Assembly: GCA_965645245.1 (NCBI GenBank)
Contig: OZ287074.1
Location: 186,001 to 250,000 of the forward strand
Reading direction: 5' to 3'
DNA length: 64,000 nucleotides
Source: Massalongia carnosa
Lineage: Eukaryota
Under the pieces are notes generated by a model. That model saw only the letters and a program-made list of their open reading frames with translations. It ran no database searches and was not told where the DNA came from. The translations under genes were made by a program, and so were the position numbers. How positions within the stretch are numbered: the first letter of the stretch is position 1; every line of letters starts with the position of its first letter. Below are positions 58,030 to 64,000 of the stretch, piece after piece.

Positions 58030-61000
58030 TTATGTTGGAAGTATATACACGCGAAGTGAGGAAGAAGTTATCCTTCGAGACGTCGTCGAGAAGGTTTTTG
58101 TGTGGTTAAATAGATTCAAAGCTGTTGGTGATGCCGCGATGCAGTATGATCCAAATTACGCCTTGCTACCTTGGGCGGGTATGGAATTCGTGCTACAGGT
58201 GTGTGCATCCTAACGCTCCTACGGCGACAGACGCTGGCTCGCATCAGTTGACCATAATAGACAAGCAAGTTTTTGGGGCGACAGTAGAAGGTCCGAAGGT
58301 TATTTTTCGACTCATAAATCGGTATGCAATCTTTCAAGATCTGTATCTACATGGTGACACGACCGCTCGTGGAGAGTTGGAGGCATTGCTAATTGGGCTG
58401 TATGCGGAGGTCTTACTCTTTCTTGCGAAAAGCGTAGAAATACTTCCAGTCCTCAGCAATTATTGATGTGAATTGATCACTTGATGCATGATACAAATAT
58501 CAGCTGAACCATACTAGATATCGTGAGTAGAATCGCTCTAGTTACTTATCGATTTTGCTCCTCCATGGCATCATAAAAAATGTTTATAAGCAGCTAATCT
58601 TTACTAGCCATGCTCAGCAAGAAATTCACGAGGCGCTTCCAGTTGAGTATAAACGACGCGCCGAGGTCAAGATCGATGGGTTTGATGTACGCAAATTACG
58701 CATGGCAGAAGACATCAAATTAATTCTGGACGTTAAACGAGACCGAGTCGAGATAACACACATCACGATAATTAGGCGGACATGGAGCTCTTCGTGCGTC
58801 ATCACGTTACTCGTGGGTTACAATTACTAGATAGGAATGTATCGAGTGATTTGCAGAAGACTTAGCGCTGACGCTACTCGATGGGGCGGGAGAGATCTCC
58901 GCCAGTCCCTCCCCCACGCGACCTTTCTAAGATCCTTTTACCAGGTTTCGTTAGGTCAGCCTTCAGATTGACAAACTTTGCCGAGTACGACACGAGATCG
59001 ACGTGAGAAGGGCGATGCGACAACTTTCAGAGACACCCTAAATCAACTCTATGCTGAAACTTTCAGCAGGATCAACAATGCAGAATATTTTGCCCGCAGC
59101 ACTACAGTACGGACGTTCTCTGTGTATGCAAGAGGCCTTGTCATCAGCGGCTTTCCTTGCCGCAATATCAAGGATGGATTCCAAGTATCAAATGTTACTG
59201 ACGCTTCATGATCTACTAAATATTATATACTTTACTTTGATAATCCATGATTCCAAATTGAACTTTCTCCGTTTCGCGCATGTATCTGTCCAAGAATTTC
59301 TCGAGATACAGCCAGACTTGGCCGCGCACCGCGCCCATAAGCTGGCGGCAACAAGCTTGCGAATGGGTTTAAATTCCATCATTCATTGTACTGCATCTGG
59401 GAAAAGAAATTCTTTCCAGGTAAGTTTGGCAAGAACATTCTGCGTGCATCAGTACATACTTAATAAATACTTCGAAGGGGGTAGAAATAGCAGGGTGACG
59501 TAAAGATGATAACTACGCGCTTCAAGATGCGGCATCAAAAGACCACGACCACGCTTCGATCATAAGGCTCATTGTGGACCACTGTGAGTTTTTGGACATA
59601 TCTCCCTACTAGGCGGGTTCTATACTTTACCGCGCATCGATCAATGATTATGAACATATCGTCAGATTACCCACCACTAGCAAACTGGAATTGATGCCTT
59701 GCCTGGAAGTGGCCTTGGAAGGACCAGCAAGGTACTGTCACCTAACAGTCGTAAAATATGCTCTTAGCGTACGAGCAAGCAAATGAGGTATGCTACTTCT
59801 TTCTCTTCTTGAAGTTTGTTGTAATATTTATACTAGCTAGCCCTCCGGTAGACTACAGCTCAAAACAGCACAAAAGGCGTGCCAAAGATCCTCATAGCAG
59901 GCTGTGATAGGGGACATGTGCCACTTTTCGAAGGAGCGCTCGAATTTGATGAGGCAGCCTGACTCGCCTGTTGAAATGGAGGCGATACACACTAAGGCCC
60001 TGCATGAAGCTGCCAAGCACAGAAACAGCGACGTCTTCAAGCTTTTACTCAAGAGCAGCACTTATTTCAAAGTGAAGACCTCCTCATCGCATTCAACACA
60101 GCGTGTGACATCGGTCATAGAAATGCGGTATTATATCTCATTAAGAATGGCACACGCAACCTCTTCGGACTTCCAGGATGCAACATAGGCCTTGAGAAGG
60201 CAGCAATGCAGGGGCATTCGGAGCTCGTCTGCTATCTTATCAAGCGCTATTCTGGACAATGCCGTCTTATGATATCCGAGGAAAGCAGCTATGACAGCCT
60301 CTAGAAATGGGTTCGAGGACACCTTTCATTTATTGATCGAGGAAATGAAGAATAGCGTGTCTAGTTATTTCATCTCATATTGGTCATATAGAAGTGGTCG
60401 GGTATCTGATCCGAGTGGGTAGTGACGTAAATGCCATAGCCCAGGATGTTTTAACCCCATAGAATGAAATATATCTCTTCCTGCATCCCATCAAAGGGCT
60501 AAGCCATCAAAGTAACGCTCTATAAGCAGCTCTACGGGGCTGTAATCAGAAATTGCGCTGCTATGGTCCTCCAACCCCCTTTGACGGTTGGTTCATGGCC
60601 GACGCAACGGCGCATGAAGCAACCATCCACCTGATAATTGAGAAGGGTGCAGACGTCAACGAATTAGCTGAATGCCCAGAACATCCTTTGTGTGCGGCCG
60701 CAGCGCATTATTCGGAGACAGTTGTTCAAACGCTCATCGACAGAGCTGCATTTATCGATGAGTCAACTTCCAAGAACAAAGATGCCATCAAAGCTGCCGC
60801 TGGCCAGAGTTTAAAGTAGGTAGCCACCATTATGAAGTTATTTTTTCAAGCCGAGGCAGTCATTTCAGAAAGTGAAGCTGATAGAAACCCGGTCCTCGAT
60901 GCAGCCCTTGCATTCTTTGAGAACCAGAAACCACGAGCTAATTTCTAGGGAATGCAGGACAGCTTCTTCCAACCGGAATCTATCAACGATGTTTTAAACG

Positions 61001-61300
61001 ACGATCCTGAAGCTATAGTCGAGATGCTACTACCGCGGCTCCCAAGGAGAAGGCGAACAATATGTCATACGGCCTACTGCTGCAGATGACAATTGTGAAT
61101 GGAGATCGCGAGTTGGTTGGACTGATGCTTCAGCGACAAGAAGACGTAAACATAGGGCGTCAAATTCTGCTTTTCCGAGGAAGCCATTTTCCGCACAAAC
61201 ATTGATCCGGTTTTACAGTTAGCGTTGAAAATCGAAAACGTGTTCAGTGTCAGATCGCTCAGTGCGGCGGGAGCTGACGTTGATGTGAATCTACTAAATC
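58030..61300 (+). pseudogene. Heavily decayed NACHT-ankyrin NLR-like gene
   Basis: NACHT N-terminal helical motif ILRDVVEKVFVWLNRFKAVGDAAMQYDPNYALLPWAGMEFVLQ|gt; RFAHVSVQEFLE (winged helix); ankyrin remnants (ALHEAAKH, LIIEKGADVN, HPLCAAA). No P-loop found; many stops. Confidence 0.75.
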
Positions 61301-62216
61301 ATTCTCACGTCCTAACTATCACTTGCGACTCTAAGAAGCAGCAGCAAAAGAAATCAACCTCCCTGAGCAACTCCTACGTGTTCCGAGCTCCATAGATGCA
61401 CCGAGCTGAATGCATAAATTTAGGCTTGCATGCATGCGCATTCAACACGACGAAACCCCATGTCGCGTGAACATCGCTCGCATGTTGCCATGATTTGCGC
61501 AAATCGATCGAAAATGAAATTCTAATTTAAATAACGTTGATGTTCGTTGAACGGTACTCCGTATACTGAGATGTAAATGTCCGTGCACATATACGAACTG
61601 ACTCCGTGTTAGTTGTACTTGGTCCAAGCTTGCCCCTAGCTCTGGAAGTTATTGGAGTTATTTGCAATTGCGCACTTGTATAACCGATTCTCGATTTGCC
61701 GATGTTGCAAAGTTCATGTGAGTCAATTTGATGCATTTCGCATAGAAATCGAGAATCAATGTAACAAATTAAACAAGACGGATGTAAAATCGCTCTACAC
61801 GTTATAAAGATAATTAAACTTGATACTTATAACGAAAAATTCAATTATACATTGATTATAATTATATCAAGCGACGACAACGCTGTAAACATGAAAATAA
61901 TGAGATTGTAACCGAGGTACTAGCAATCATGGCTGCCTCCAGGGCTGGGTGACTGTATAACTCAGAGGTTTTGTAATTTTCCTATCTTTTAGCTGCCGCA
62001 GCCGCTTAATAAGCATCCTAACCCTACCTACCCCTCCCTACCTACATCTCCCTACATACCAACTCACCCTGCTGTCGCCAAGTTTCGAAGTTATTCAACT
62101 CGCCGACATAGAACCCTCCCCCGGCGCCCCCCCGGCGCCCACATAAAAATTCCCGCCGCTGCCCACATGAAAAAATTTCCCCGCGGCCCCTAATAAAATC
62201 CCCCCTATTTCCCTCT

Positions 62217-63200
62217 TTATTCGTCATCATCCCGCCGACGATTCCTACTCTCCTCCGCCGCCATCGTCATCGCCAGCGTCGTCGTCTCCTCATCTTCCAA
62301 CTCCTGCAAGGCCTCCTCCACCCCCCGTCTTCTGATTGGTTCAGTCAACTTCTCAAACCAGTCTAGCCATCGCTTTATTTGTGGATTTCTTTCCTCGGCA
62401 GTCCATTCGGCGGTGTACTCGGCTATTTCGTAGTATTTGTCTTTAATTGCGTCCAAAACCTCTCTCATCTGTAGCATATGTCGATCCGATCTTTCTACCT
62501 CCTCGTGATGATCAAAATCCAGCCTAGTCGACGTTTCATACACCTCGAAGCCGCTATCCTCAAACATCTCCGCCCAGACTGTCCAATTGACTTCCTGAAA
62601 CGCGTCGAAAACGATGTTATAGTGCCACAAGTGTCTGCATGGGAGTTGATACTGACGCCAAAATAGACAGTCTACAGGACAGATTAGCTCATCAGGCAGC
62701 TCACCTGCCGGCTCATCACCGTCTGCTAAACTTCTAGCGGCTAGCTTCCATTGATCAACTATGAGCATTTGCACGGGATAGGGAAATTTTCGAAGATATG
62801 GGCATTCCTGACATTCGGGAGTCATAGTAGTACGAAAATTAGCCTCTTCGCTGCGGGCTCGATTTTCCCATTGATCCCCGATTCGAATCACATGGCTTGC
62901 AGCCCCGATCAGAGAAAAAGTCATGAAATGCGCTTTACCTACAGTACTAATTAGTATGACGAATGAAGCTCAAGAAATAGTCTCACCGTCAGCATGCTTT
63001 TTAATAGATGCGTGCCAGGATTCTACCGCATTAGTCGTCATACACTGCAGTAAAATGCATGAATGCTGACGTGCGTAATTAGCTCATTTGGATTTAGTCT
63101 GCACCCATTCTCGATCTATATATTGACGTTTTTCTTCAGGGGCAGCTGCCAATGCCTTTTTGAGACTATCATCGCATCCGAGCTCCGTTTTTCTGAAATA
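62217..63200 (-). pseudogene. MULE-type transposase C-terminal part with SWIM finger, interrupted at 63200
   Basis: MTTNAVESWH (MULE catalytic E), intron ~62938-62986, CPVDCLFWRQYQLPCRH (SWIM-like); one in-frame stop. Confidence 0.75.
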
Positions 63201-64000
63201 CAGTGAACCCTGGCTATAACGAATCGATGATTCCATGAAAAAAATTCGTTATAACCAGTTTTCGTTATAACCTTAATTTCTACGAAAACATCTCATTTTC
63301 TACCTAAAATAGCTGGTAATGGTCATCTGCTTTCTAGTATTGATTTCCCCATTTAGCATAACCTGCTCCGAAGCATTCAAACGTTGAATCAGATCGATGT
63401 CGCCATCTTCCTGTTGCTCATGAAATGTACGTAGTATTCTCAAAGCTTGAATAGCTTCAGAGTATTTCACTGTAGGTTTGACGATCTCATCTTCATCCGA
63501 TTCTTCAATTTGACCCTCGGCGTATGCATCCACAATAGTATCAAGAATGTCATCATCATCCTCAATGATTTCTTCCGCGGGATTGAGACATCGTTCAATA
63601 CTTATGACGTCTTGAATGCGATCATTCTTCTTCAACTGCTGCAATGTAGTGTTCATCTCTTTTACTAGTTGATTGTAGTCTTCCGTCTCTTGATCAACTG
63701 CCTTCGACCAACCCTTTTCTTTCGTCCAGCCCATTTTCTTCGCTTGCAATTGCGTAGTAGGTCCGAAATTTGCTGAGAATACCAAAGACTTAATCCAGCA
63801 GTTGACGATAGTAGCGGGTTTGACGTCATACTCCCAAGCAGTCATTGACTAACGAATAGCTTGCAAATATGCATGTTCTTAAAAGGATCTTTGTCCGCAT
63901 CATACTGATCACATAAAAAGGCTAGCTATTTTCGCTTGTAGTGAGCCTTAAACGTCTTGATGATGCCTTGATCCAATGGTTGACAGATGCTTGTAGCATT
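63201..64000 (-). mobile_element. pogo/Tigger-like (DDE_1) transposon, 3' end; runs off the window
   Basis: TA|CAGTGAACCCTGGCTATAACG terminus; QPLDQGIIKTFKAHY, AWEYDVKPATIVNCW, acidic tail, KQMTITSYF; contains stops. Confidence 0.85.

Noticed and set aside
1..64000. Starship giant transposon carrying the kinase-NLR island
   Set aside because: No DUF3435 tyrosine-recombinase captain or boundary is visible in the window. It cannot be excluded for flanking sequence.

Overview
Eukaryotic DNA from a filamentous ascomycete (spliceosomal introns with GT..CTAA(C/T)..AG signals). The window is a transposon-dense accessory region. Positions 1-29 kb are a nest of elements: a putative AcademH-like relic (DUF6589-like gene plus RecQ-like helicase) split by Ty3/gypsy chromovirus A; a pogo fragment interrupted by a hAT, itself interrupted by chromovirus B, which carries a solo LTR; a 5'-truncated Tad1-like LINE holding intact chromovirus C; and a Tc1 relic. 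Positions 29-40 kb are an apparently intact four-gene island: ketohexokinase-like PfkB kinase, fructosamine-kinase-like gene with a catalytic HGD>HGN change, glucokinase-like hexokinase, and, head-to-head with it, an alpha/beta-hydrolase-NACHT-WD40 NLR-like gene. This island is the best candidate for an undescribed system. Positions 40-64 kb hold a MULE, a Tc1-like element without a TA duplication, a secreted DUF4430-like protein, small secreted-protein genes and relics, a full-length Ty1/copia, a decayed NACHT-ankyrin NLR, and a MULE/SWIM relic interrupted by a pogo/Tigger-like element. All three chromoviruses show Tf1-type self-priming sites and -1 frameshift signals. Family assignments come from motif recognition by eye, not from database searches.
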